A stretch of DNA of 51,492 bases, the filler included. It is 3 parts of 3 records of this genome, joined end to end, with 100 filler letters (N's around TTAATTAATTAA, not from the genome) between each part and the next. Parts side by side here need not be neighbours in the genome. Positions count along the whole stretch, not along the records: positions 1 to 23,878 come from DRR378314_2779; 2 more parts are not named here. One strand, written 5' to 3'. The stretch's first letter is position 1, and the number at the start of each line of letters is the position of its first letter. The notes beneath the pieces were generated by a model. That model saw nothing but the letters and a program-made list of their open reading frames with translations, made no database searches and was not told the DNA's origin. Below, piece after piece: positions 10,644 through 22,200 of the stretch. A program made the position numbers and the translations under genes.

Positions 10644-12344
10644 TTAGGTGGTGCCGTCAGGGCTGACTGGTGCGAGAACGCCTTCCCCTTGGCCTTGCAC
10701 TTCCGCACTCGGGGCCTCTGTGCTTGGTGGCTCGGTACTGTCTTCCGCGCCGCCATCTCCGCCGGCCTCAAGACCAAAGAGCGCTCGCAGTGTATCAAGA
10801 TCCTGAACCCCTTCCATTTTCTTCGTTACGGTTGTGTTTTCATAAAAGACAAGAGTAGGAACTGCTTGAATATTTGCTGCTCCGGCAATCTCCTTCGAGT
10901 CGCCTTCTCCATGGATATTGATTGCAATCACCGCGTCCCCCTTGCCCACTTCACGGGCGAGCTCTTCGACAATTGGCACCTGCTGGACTGAAAAAGGGCA
11001 CTGGATCGTATGGAAGACGATGAGAACTCGAGGAGTTGTCTGAATGATTTTCTGCTCCTGGTCACGCGTCGTTACGAGCCTAACAGGAGAGTTTTCGGGA
11101 AACAGTGACGTGGGTCGCGCTTGCGCAGTGTCAGAGGCTGAAATAAAACCTCGAAGGGTGTCCACCGTTTGCACAGCCTTAGGATCCGCGGTCCTAAGGA
11201 CCGTTCCATCTCTTCGCATCACCATTAGATAGGGAACGAAATTAACACTATGCTTTTCGAACAAGGGGATGTTTTCCTGCCTCAAACTGGACACAGTGAG
11301 AATACTATACTCCTTTGCAAGCGTTGCCACTTTATCCCGGGCATTCACACAGTGCGAGCACGAAGGGTTGTAAAACTCTACAGTGCTCTCAGGGCGCTTC
11401 GCAATCTCCGCGCGAAAGTGCGATTCTGACGTAATTTCGATCACATCAATTCCTTTGTAGAAGTCGAGTTGTTTTTGGAAATAGGCGACAGAGTCTTTGA
11501 GGAATTTCTGAAGTGCCTCGGCAGTGCGTTCTCGCTCTTGGTACTGAGCCACCACCACACCAGACACCGTGGCGAAAATGGAAGGGAACCCGCTGATTCT
11601 AAAGAAATCACAAGCGCTCGTGTTCTCCGTGCAATCTACGGCAAGAAGAGAAAAAGGATCCGAAGACGATGACTGGCCAATTTTTGCCAGCTTGCGTATT
11701 TCCTCAACGATCTGTTGACAAAACGGGCAAGTTCGCACGTAAAACAGTACGATTGCATTCCCCGTGTCTTTCGCGTCAAACTTTGCTCGCAACTCCTGCT
11801 CGTCTCCGTCGATGTCGATGATCTCTGCGTTGTTCGCAAAGAAATCGGTCTTTGATGGAACAGCATCCGATGCACTAACGAGGCCAGTTACGCGCTCGAC
11901 TTTGTGATTGTTATTGAGCACTTTCTTGTTCTTCTCTGTGTCTGCATCCGCGAGCTTCGCAGTTCGACTGTCTTCTTCCGGCAATAGTTTCCGTCGAGCT
12001 TCTACAGCACGTGCCTGCACTGCACTAGCAGCGGTCTTCTTTGAGACAGTGTCTTCGTTCTCCACAATTGATTTGCGATAGTCCGCTGTAACGTGTGGGT
12101 TTCCACTGCGATCGTATGAAATATGGAATTTCTGAAGCGCTTCATCAGGGCTCTGTGCAAGCGAGGAAGCCGTGCTGTGCAGAACAGCGACGAACACAGT
12201 CACGATCAGACACGCAATCACAAGCGGCCAAAAGACCGTTCGTTGAACCACTTGAGAAATCCCGCGGGGTTTTTTCTTCGTCTTGTCACCGTCGTAATCC
12301 ATATTGGCAGCGCCAATCTCGCTATGGTGAGACGGTGCGAGCAT
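10644..12344 (-). CDS. Membrane-anchored multi-thioredoxin (PDI-like) protein with three Trx folds; intronless ORF
   Basis: 566-aa ORF with a hydrophobic N-terminal segment (VFWPLVIACLIVTVFVAVL); motifs FYVRTCPFC, FYNPSCSHC, FHTIQCPFS, each followed by a cis-Pro loop (GFPSI, FVPYL, AVPTL). Start may be the downstream MDYDG. Confidence 0.8.
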   Translation of the reverse strand: MLAPSHHSEIGAANMDYDGDKTKKKPRGISQVVQRTVFWPLVIACLIVTVFVAVLHSTASSLAQSPDEALQKFHISYDRSGNPHVTADYRKSIVENEDTVSKKTAASAVQARAVEARRKLLPEEDSRTAKLADADTEKNKKVLNNNHKVERVTGLVSASDAVPSKTDFFANNAEIIDIDGDEQELRAKFDAKDTGNAIVLFYVRTCPFCQQIVEEIRKLAKIGQSSSSDPFSLLAVDCTENTSACDFFRISGFPSIFATVSGVVVAQYQERERTAEALQKFLKDSVAYFQKQLDFYKGIDVIEITSESHFRAEIAKRPESTVEFYNPSCSHCVNARDKVATLAKEYSILTVSSLRQENIPLFEKHSVNFVPYLMVMRRDGTVLRTADPKAVQTVDTLRGFISASDTAQARPTSLFPENSPVRLVTTRDQEQKIIQTTPRVLIVFHTIQCPFSVQQVPIVEELAREVGKGDAVIAINIHGEGDSKEIAGAANIQAVPTLVFYENTTVTKKMEGVQDLDTLRALFGLEAGGDGGAEDSTEPPSTEAPSAEVQGQGEGVLAPVSPDGTT

Positions 12345-15300
12345 ACAGGCGCAAGCAGCGAAATGGTGTTCCTCTGTCGGGCGTTCCGCTCCCCCTCGTT
12401 GTTTGTACGCTCAGCACCAGGGGTCCAAGGGCAAAGTCCGCAGCGCTGCATAATGTTTACAAACGCATCCCCGAACAGGCCAATGAGAGGGAGAAGAGAG
12501 TCACATTGTATGGATGTGTGCCGCTGTGGGGCAACGTTTCTGTACATGTCATTTCCCTGTACCATTGCTTCTTCATGCAAGTGCGCCTCGTCCTTTGCAC
12601 TCGAGGGCGCGATACCCTGGAATCCTGCGCCAGCGGCGTTTCGTGTGCTTCTTTCGTACCGCCAGGCCACTCGCGCGTTTCGATTGTTCTTTTGGACCAA
12701 CAACCGTGTGTGTGCTATGTATTCCTATGCTGTCTTTGGTCTGTACCTGGATCAATCCTGGAAACGAGTGCGTTTCGCGTGGCGTTGCGCACAGCGGGAG
12801 AAAGCGTCGTCGCCGCGAGGGTTCGCCGCCTCCCACTCCGCGCGCTCGCGGCTCTCTGCGCGCGCACTCCCCTCCCCCGGCGCTCCCCTATCGCATGAAC
12901 CCTCTTCCCCGCGCCACGACGCGCGCGAGCCGGCAGCGAGGGCGCGCATCCGCGTGGAACACCCCTCCGGACGCGTGCCCGGCCAATTCTCTCCCTCTCC
13001 CCACTTTCCAAGTTTGTCACCAGGCAGTCATTCGTGAGGAAGCTGTGCGCCCGCGTGCTTTGCGTGCACGCGCCCGCTCGAGCTGTATTTGCGTGGAACA
13101 CGCACACCTTTCATCCATTCATTTCACGCGGCTCCGCTGGCAGCACCGCGCCGGGAGGGCCAGCGGTCGTGCGCACGTGGCATAAATGGCACCAGCGAGC
13201 GCTACACGCACACACCCGCACACGCTCCATCGGCAACCACGCGCACCGGAGAGATGCGGACACTACCTGCCCGCGACCGAAGCTGCGTACGCGCTTACGG
13301 AGCTAGCTCGCTAGGTGGAGAGGCGCCGGTGCCGTTTACGCGCGCTGCTCGGCGCGGCGCGGACCTGCCGCTCCGACATGCGCCGCCAATTCGCATCCGG
13401 CGTCCGGGCGCGACGATCAAACACACGAGCACGAGCTTCTTCGAAGTGATCCTGACGTCGATGACCTACGCACCAAGTGATATACCCAACAAGTATTACC
13501 AACACGTTCAGGAGCACAGCAGCGCACACACACGCTCTTCAGTCTCGCTCGGGCCTGAGCGCGAGACAGGAAAGCGAGCGCGAGCGTGCAGCGCTGCGCC
13601 GGAGCGAACCCCGCAGCACCGTTCCAGCGGTTTCTGCGCGATCCGCCGCCACGGCGGAGCTCGATACGGTACTAGGTATGCACAAGAGGACCCGATTCAT
13701 CTCCGATACGAATCCCCCACAGGCGGCAATCGCGCCACATCGAGTCCCCCTAGCAACCGGGTGAGTTTCGTACACGATGCGCACCTTGTCCGCGGTACAG
13801 TCGCTCGACACTGGAACGAAAGATGTGCGCTCCGGACGCATCTCGCGAGCTTCCTCTGTCGCGCCGCGTAGTAACAACCATGGTCCGTACGACAGAATAT
13901 GCAACATCAATGAGACGATCATGCGCGTATCGGATCATCACTATCAGAGTCGAGTAGGGGGGGAATGCATACGCGCTTGTTGGTGAAAGAGCGAGGATGC
14001 GATGCAGAGACTCGCGAAAACCTCACAATCGATAGCAGACAACCGCGAATTGGCAGACTATCTCTCCGTCCCGGTTTCCGCTTTTGTGATAGACAAGGAC
14101 ACCAGTGGAGTCTACAAAACACTCTATAACCCTCCTTGTGCGCATTTCATATACCGGGAATCAGCTACCTGGGTCAAAAGGACACTCTTGTGCTCCTCTC
14201 CTTCGTCGACTACGACAATTCGACACGGGAATCGCTACAATGTCACCAGAGAGCGGTATTCGATTTCCTTGGAAGTACGCGTGTATGCGCGTAAGGTCGT
14301 GGGAGAGATCTTGAACGCACCGACTATCGTGTGCTCGAAAGTACGAATTGTGCACGCGCACAAATGAGTCGGTATCTTGTACGATGGAGCATCGATCGCC
14401 GCGGTGTCCCGCTAGTCCACACCGATAGCACGAGTCCTGCGATTCCGGTACTCCCTCGCCGTCACCGCAACACTGCCGCAGCGACGGCGCGACATAACGC
14501 TACATAGCCACCAGCAGCACAGCGATCGCGCATAACCATGGCACGCAGCAATTTCAGGTTCAGTTTCTCCGACCGACATGACGCGTGTCGGTAGAAGATA
14601 CACGGATGGTAAGGGAGAACGGCGAGTAAGGACGTGGATGGAAAGCCGTGACTCTGGCTTGCGTCGATGCTCATCGGCACGAGACCATGTCAAGGAGCGA
14701 GGTCGCACGCGCAACCGAAGAATAGCGCACTACTGGCGCGCCACAGATGAACGATGGAGGTGCTATCTCGGAAAACACAGTAACGAGAAAAATACACAAC
14801 AAGTCCGATCTACGATCTACAGAATGAATATAGTAAGCCATCAGGGCGACAGTGTCACCCCCTACGCCTACATTTGCTACAAAGCAACACAAACATACAG
14901 GTGACTCTGCATATACATACAGGTGACTCTGCATTTGCATGCATATCGACAAGGAGAGAGAAACGCACAATCCAATCAGTACGCCACGGTCGCACCACGG
15001 GAACTCTTCACTCCCCGTTCGTGCACGCAATGCAGGTGTGTACATCACCACCATTTACCTCTCTACCACCAACGCAACGTACATCTTCAAAGCACGCACG
15101 TGCCATATGCCCGGGAATGTGGCATTTGAGACACACTGCATTGGGACAGTCACGCGCCAGGTGTCCTTCTCTCCCGCACAGGAAGCATCCTGCGCTCCGG
15201 GAGCGATCGGCGTTGTCATCAGCTACAAAGTAGCGCCACTATACACGAAAAAAAGGGAACATTACGAAGCAGAGCGCAATGGAACACCACTGCGGCTGTG

Positions 15301-15746
15301 AGTACCAGGACAGCGAATACAGCTGGTTTTTCTCTACACAAAAAAGTACTCCGTGAACACAGACGAAGGACAACAAAGACGCTATCGATTCGATGTGGAG
15401 ATCATCGGAACGCGCTGCGTGCTGCGCGAATATTGGGCAAACTACTCGCGGTAGCGATTTGCTTCGCCCGCCGAAGCATCGCACGGAGGTCGCGCAACGA
15501 GAGATATACGCTGTGACGCGACTCGTCCATGGCAATATGCGTTGTGCTACCGCACAATGTAAACAAAGTGATTCTCGTATGGTACAGGGAGGGGGCAGAG
15601 GGGATGCAGCGTGAAGGAAAGGGCGAGTGATACTGGATGTAGGTCGTACGGCAGCGAGCGCGTTACGCGGTACACTGCGACGAGCAGCGCCAACGGAAAG
15701 CGTGGGAGTGACGATCGGGACAACGGCACAGACGACACCTTGGTCC

Positions 15747-15873
15747 GCGCCGCTCCGTCCTCCATCACACGAATCACTACCATAGCCGCAGTGACTACGA
15801 TATAGCAGCGCCGCTGCGTCCTCCATCACGCGAATCACTTCCATAGTCGCGGTGTCTACGATACCGCAGCGCC
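15747..15873. repeat. 61-bp imperfect tandem duplication (2 copies)
   Basis: 15747-15807 versus 15808-15868, 8 mismatches by my count. Confidence 0.85.
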
Positions 15874-15939
15874 TGTTGCACGGACAGTGAACCGACGCGC
15901 TGCCGCAACGCAAACTCATTCGGCACCGTCCTTCGCGCT

Positions 15940-17251
15940 CTATAGTGCTGGACTGGTATGAAGGCCACACGGCACGAAATTGGGAGGTGCTTTTCGTACA
16001 TCTTTTCCAGCTTTGCGCATGCGTAGCAAGTACTCCTCGTCGGCAGCGGCAGCGGCGCTATCGTCGTCACTCTCCAGTTCACTTGAGTCCTCTTCTCCTT
16101 TCATACCCAATCCTTCAGCGTCGAGATCCACAGAATATTCCGACTTCTGCGAAGTATCGTTCTCGCTGTCTGACAGCGATGCGGACGTGCTCGCAGATTT
16201 CTGCTCCAGAGCGCACGACCAAGAGTGCAGCGGATGCGCTATCAATACCAACGTGCACAACGCGGTGGGAAAGCACTGTGCTCGCCACAGCAGAACGTGC
16301 ACGAGTGCACGGCGAACGCGCACGGTAAAGAAGGCTGACCCAGCGCATCACACGTATCTCCACCTTGGCGAAAACCCTCGCTCACAGGGCAGCGTCGCTC
16401 TATGGCACACGGATTCACGTACGGTTTGGCGGTGGACGGCCGCTAGTTTTACGAGTGCACTCTTCCCACCGTCGTCGCCGCTCCGCTCCGGTGTGCTCTT
16501 CTCAATTCTGAGAGAGCCCCGACCGGCACATACACGCAGCATCCAAATTGTTAGCGCAATAATATTCATGCAACGCTGCAATGCATACGTGAGCACGCAC
16601 TTTTCAGTCCCTTCAATGGGCGGGAGGTGCAAAAGTACTCGCCGCCGAGCTCTCCTCGTCGTCACGCAGGACGCGAAAACTGGAAGCCAGCAGCTGTACT
16701 CGTGTGCCACCTTGGCGTTCTCGCCGCCCTCTGCCGCACGCAAATATCAAGAAAACGTTACGTTAGCATCAACTATGAAATATCCAGAACTCGACATGGC
16801 ATCTCTACCTCGCAAAATTAGTTCTTCTGCTATGGTAAGGCTTGCAGAGGAGGTGGGCACGGCATACAGCAAGTACGCTGTGGCGCGCGCGTGCGACATG
16901 GCAGGTAACAAACCTGGTGAGCTTCGAAGGCGAAGGAGATGCCGTCACGGCAGAACGCGTCCCTTGCGTGTCCTCTTTACTGGTTTTGTTAAGTTTTTTT
17001 TCGTTTGGCATTTCTTCCACATCTGAGTCCTCGGAATCATCGCTTGGCGCCGAAGATGGAGACGAGGACGCAGACGCAGCGACGGAAGAAGCAGCAGCAG
17101 CGAGCAAGTGGCTCGGTCCCGCGGCGCGTTTGGCTCTGCGCGCGCTGCGTGCGCGCGCAACCGCCTCATCTGCAGACGATGAAGCGCTTTTCCCACCTTG
17201 ATCATCTGAATCACTGGAAGAAGATATCCCGAGAAGCTCCCGAGAGTTCAT
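15940..17251 (-). CDS. Putative spliced orphan gene encoding a Ser/Asp/Glu-rich low-complexity protein; exon structure unresolved
   Basis: ATG at 17251 (MNSRELLGISSSSDSDD...), donor-like site at 16913, acidic downstream segment (DSENDTSQKSEY...ESDDDS). No recognisable domain and I could not close all splice phases. Confidence 0.3.
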
Positions 17252-18162
17252 TTGAGCCGCACGCGCTTCGGCAGGCGCTTCGAGAGGAGCGCGCCCGAGG
17301 CCAACGACTGCAAAGGAACTCGCCAAGCCGCAGGAGACTGCAGCCGCGCAGCCACGTACTGTCGTGCAAAAGCTATGCGCCAACAGGTACGTCACCGCCG
17401 CGCAGTTTCACAACGAAAGAATGCAATCACAGAGCAAGGTACTTCTGCCGTCGTCGACGAGGAAATGAAAGCTATCTGCGCGTCCGACTTCGCCGCTTCG
17501 CCTTTACGGCAGCGCGCCCACGCGCCTGGCAGGGGCAAAACGTGCGGGGTCTTCAACCCTAGTTTGGTAACTTTGCTGACGACCTGCCGCCGTGGTCTTA
17601 GGATGGGCTGTGGGAACGGAGTACCTTTTTGTACCCCTTATTGCTAAACCATTTAGCTTCCCGTCCTGCTGGCCCCGAGGCGCCTCTGCAGCAGCACCGG
17701 CAAGTGCGCTCGTGCTGGACAACTGCGCCCGTTCTCTCACCTTGTCGAAGTGCACAAGCGAAGATTTCGCGCTGTGAACATTTTTCACGCTGATACTTTG
17801 CTTTGCAGCACGCTGTTGGTTCGTCGTTGCTGCTGGGGAAAGGCTGTGCCTCTAGCCGTACGCAGGTTGCCCAGGACCGACGATTCGACGGAGGGCTTAT
17901 CAGTCACTTGCAGCCGACGACCCGTGTCATTCGCTTCGTGAAGAGGGCCTTTGCGATTTTAGCTTTCTTTTACATTGTAAAGTAACTGGGACACCTTTTG
18001 TAGTTGGGACATAAAACAACTGGGAGTGCAAAGCTTGCGCCAATATGCAAGCGGCACGCGCTTAAGCACAATTGCAAACGCGCTGGTCCCTTGTACTGCG
18101 CACGAACTTGGCAACGTGTACTTCGTCGTGGTTCTCGCCTAATAGGGCGTTGCCAGGACGCC

Positions 18163-20327
18163 ATGCTTCCCTCATACGGAGGATATAGAACAATAGTATT
18201 TACTGTCTCTATTGATATACAGCGAATGGAAAATGTTCCGGAGTTTGGGTCATTTCAAATTCGGTGCAAGGTACGCATGGTGGCTGCACAGTCGCTGCCG
18301 AACAGGGTGCTCCAGTACGCCTCTCCGGTGTATACATCGTTTCCATTGTGCCGTGCGGATCACACTACCGCGCGAAGACCCTTTCTCGCATGGTCTGTGC
18401 AATATATGTAAGATAAAAATATGATGTGTGTGTTTCAAGCTCTCAATACTTTGCGGTGGTTCCCGCGGGTATACGCCTAGTGCATTCCACGAGAGGGAGT
18501 GCGGGGCCTGAGTGCACGAAGCGTGCGCTTCCTGCACGGCGACACTGGTCCACCGACGCGAACAGTGTGTACGACGAAGCTTCTGTCTTTCAGTAGTAAG
18601 CAAGGTACTGCACCGTGTCTTCCCTCCCTACTTTCTCATGGTTAGGTAGGGGCTCGGAAACGAAAGTGGTTCAATACGGCTATGCAGACGCGTGGAGATG
18701 ACGGGTGTGTACGGTGGAACGAGAAGCATACGCGCTCGATATCGATGGTACGCACCTCCAGGGCAGCAGCGCGCGCCGGGCCAGTTCCTTCTCCGCACCA
18801 AATAGAGACGATGACGCTATCCTTCCCCGCATCGTCACCTAAGAAATATAGAGCACTGCATAGGATTATGGTGTATAGTTTTTTCTCCTCAAAGGTACAA
18901 CTTTTATGAGAAGGAGCTGTGTGCGATAAGAGCGAATGACGGGGAGCTTCCCTGTGTGCGCGAGCGCTCGTTTCCTCGCGGGGTACAAGGCACCTGGTGG
19001 GGGGAACTGCAAACGTACCGAAACTGATGGAGCGGGACAGCGCTCGACCAAAATACGTGACACTTACGCATGAATACGAGGAAGAGCTGTAAATCTAGTT
19101 TTGAGTAAGAACACTCGTTCAACACCGGGCCGCTTGCAAGCACTTGTGACCTGCAATCACCTGAGAGTTGCTGACGTGCGCGCTGCTCTCCGGCTCGGCC
19201 GCCATGCTATTGCAGAAAGTATGCTCTTCCACGAATATGGTGCAACCAAAGAACATACGGCTCAAGATGGCGAAGCACGCGAGTGCATACTTTTCTCCTC
19301 TCGACGTCGGGAGCTGCGTTATCGATCTGAGTCCTCTCTGCGCCTTTCGTGAGAGCCCGTTCCGCCTCACGCTGGAAGACTGCTCGTTCAACGCGGTGCT
19401 TGTGGGGTCGATTGCGCTGCAGCTCGCGCGCGGGGACACCCTGTTCCGCTGCCCGCCGCCTCCCATCTACCTCGCAGTACACACGCACTGCCCTGACGGA
19501 ACACCAGAGGCACCTCGGCAGCGCCGTACTTCACGCAAGCGAACAATTGATGAAATGGAGGTAAGACGAGCTTGGTGCGGTTATATCTGTGTGGGTGATA
19601 GGACGCTCGCGTACGCGTTGGATCCATGTCACCACTGTCGACGGTGGACGAAACGTGGGTTTCGCGTGATTCTTCCTCCTCGCGTTACTACTCTCTCTTT
19701 CGCCCGAATAAACTTTGACCTACGTGTGCGTATTTGATCAAGCGTATTAATGTGCGGGTTTTTCCTTTTTTCTCTTCCTGTCGGTGCGAAAGAGCGAGTC
19801 TCAGACGGAAGCGCCTGTAGAGAATTCCAGTGCTACTGAGGACCGGTCGCGGCGACGAGTGTCGGCTGACGACGAGTACTCCGGAGCGACGGTAATTCGC
19901 GAATCGAAAGTTTCATTGGGACGAAATGATGAGGTACGACCTTCGCTCCCATACCAACGAAGCGGTCGGCGGAAAGAACTGCATGCTGCACTGCTCTCTG
20001 GCACACATATGCGTGCTTGTGCGTTGGAACGACTTGCGCTGCTGGATACGGCTGATTCGCGCGCGTTGCACGCTCACGCGTCAAATCCTTCATTTCCTCG
20101 CCGTCTACTGCAACACGCATGCGCAGATTGTGTCACGCATCATTGTCAACTCTCCCCTGAAAGAGCGAAGTATCTATAGCACGCTCCCACTTCCACGTCG
20201 CCGCTACACCCAACCAACGCACCAGCGGTCGCATTCGTGGGCACCTACTGCCACTTCCCTCGACGTGCTCGCGACTCCCGGCGCAGCAGAGCGCGAACCC
20301 GCGACCAGTGAAAATACACAGCAGTAA
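18163..20327 (+). CDS. NT-type C2 domain protein (EEIG1/FAM102/EHBP1 N-terminal C2 family). Exons 18163-18270, 18646-18747, 19216-19560, ~19805-19933, 20127-20327
   Basis: Spliced product FTVSIDIQRMENVP...CK|V...GCVRWNEKHT...VGSCVIDLS...LEDCSFNAVLVGSIALQLARGDTLFRCPP parallels FAM102 (VP...CKVRL...CVRW...LSGDPCFKTPP) as I recall it. All introns are phase 0 GT-AG; the exon 4 acceptor is approximate. Confidence 0.75.
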
Positions 20328-22200
20328 CGGCCGCGCCTTACAACAGACCTCCCTGCAACCAGTACCCTTGCAACCTTCAGCGAGAACTGCTGAGTAAGAT
20401 CAGAAAAGTATTCCATCAGGGCTTGACAGTGCGTGCTCAGAAGCGTGATGAGGAACGGTTTCTCTGCAGCCGCCGCAGTCGTGTGGTGCTGCAGCGAATC
20501 CGTCGTGCTCGATCTCCTCTTGCAAAGTACCAAATTTGTAATTCTACCAATAGAAGTATAATTTGCAAATTCACAACCCGCCGGACAATCGGCTTTGTCG
20601 TGCATGAAAGAGCGCCCTGGCGGTATACGTTCTACCTCTTTCGCCACGGTATGTAGAACCCGCCACGCGGTGAGCGGGAATAAGAACCGGGCGTACCTGA
20701 CAATAAGAGTGGATGGACGAGGGGAAAAGAAGTGTGGGCTGTGCTTTGTTCGTGTGTTGCTTGTGCACGGGTGTGCTCGTGGTGGCGGTGTGCGACGCGC
20801 GCTAGCCGGGCGGCGCCGAGGGGAGTTTCCGGTCCCGCCGTCCATCGCCGCCAACGGGAACCTGGGCAGAGCTGGTACTACCGGGCCCTTGTATCCAAGC
20901 TGTGGCTCTGGTCGGAAAGGCATATCGGCGGCGATTATAACTATCTGTAGCTACCTTTTGTGACAAAGTTCAGCTGCATGGAAGATGGTGGAGGGTTTCC
21001 TGTTTTTGCATTGCTGTATCTTCAGATGCGCAGCGGTTTGTCAGCCGGTGTCGAGCGCGCCTGTTGCCGCCGCACGCGCCACCTGCGCACCCGGTCACTG
21101 AATAGCTATTCGCGCGCCGAGGGAAGTAGCGAGAAACACTGTTGCGCAAGAAAAGATATGTACAAATGTTAAAAACAGTTTGTATGTGATCTGTATCGGA
21201 CTATTTCTCGTTTCGACTAGAAAAAGAGAGTGATATGAGAACGAGAAGCGTTCGCGCTGCGTCCCAGGTTTTTTGCACTGTTCCCCCTTGTGCAACAACC
21301 AGACATAGACGCGCGTTTGCGCCTGCGAGTACTGCACGTCGTGCGCAAGCGGGCGTATCGTGCGAAGATTGCCAAGTCAGAGCGCGTGCTTTCTGTGAAA
21401 TCCTCGCATAATACCGACAAGTATCTCTTCTCCATCAACCCATAGAATTGCAATGGTTAGGTCTTGAACTGTAAGGGGAATCGTGCAGAGCACCCTTTGC
21501 TTCGTCGACTTGTTGGTCTGCGTAACGCTCGTGTGGGACCTGCGGCGACGTGTTCGCATGGCGCTGCCTCGTCGCCCGCACCCGAGTAACGACGAAGCGC
21601 ACGGGCGGTAGCTTTCAGCACACTCTCACAGACCGTTTCAGGGAAGTTTTAGTTTGTCATGTCATTTCTGTGTACGGATTCGGGTATTTGGCTCCCTTGG
21701 AGACGCTATGGACCGCTCCGGAGCAGCGGCACCGAGCGTGCGCGCCTCTGCCGCACTGCGTGCTGCGCTCGTTGCGGCCTGGGCGCGCCGCACGGCGCGG
21801 CGACGCGCTGCGAAACTAAGTCACCACTGCTCCTCGGTGACCAATCGCAACGCAGGCGTACCGTGTCGCCCACAGCGTCCAACAATCGCTCGCTCATAGC
21901 ACACAGGATGCGAATATACGCTGCGTCTCGCTCAAGCGTAATGTTCTGTTTTCGTCGTTGGCGTCTTTGCCCGCTTTGGGGCGTGAGCGCACGCTCGTGC
22001 CACACTCTTCCTAGCTCTGTGGCAGTCTGATACTTTGACGGCGCGCGCTCTCTCCATCTCTCTCACTTTTTCTCACAGTTTTCGTTACCGCTGGCCTGCT
22101 GTTTTGCATATGATATCATACAGCAAGTTCATTCCATTCTCCTTCTTATCGGAGTCGTGCATTCGTCACTCCGCCTTTGCATAGCGTTTCGTGAGTCACC

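Noticed and set aside
20204..22030. Possible minus-strand gene between the NT-C2 and BAR genes
   Set aside because: Exon-like pieces exist but I found no consistent frame or recognisable domain
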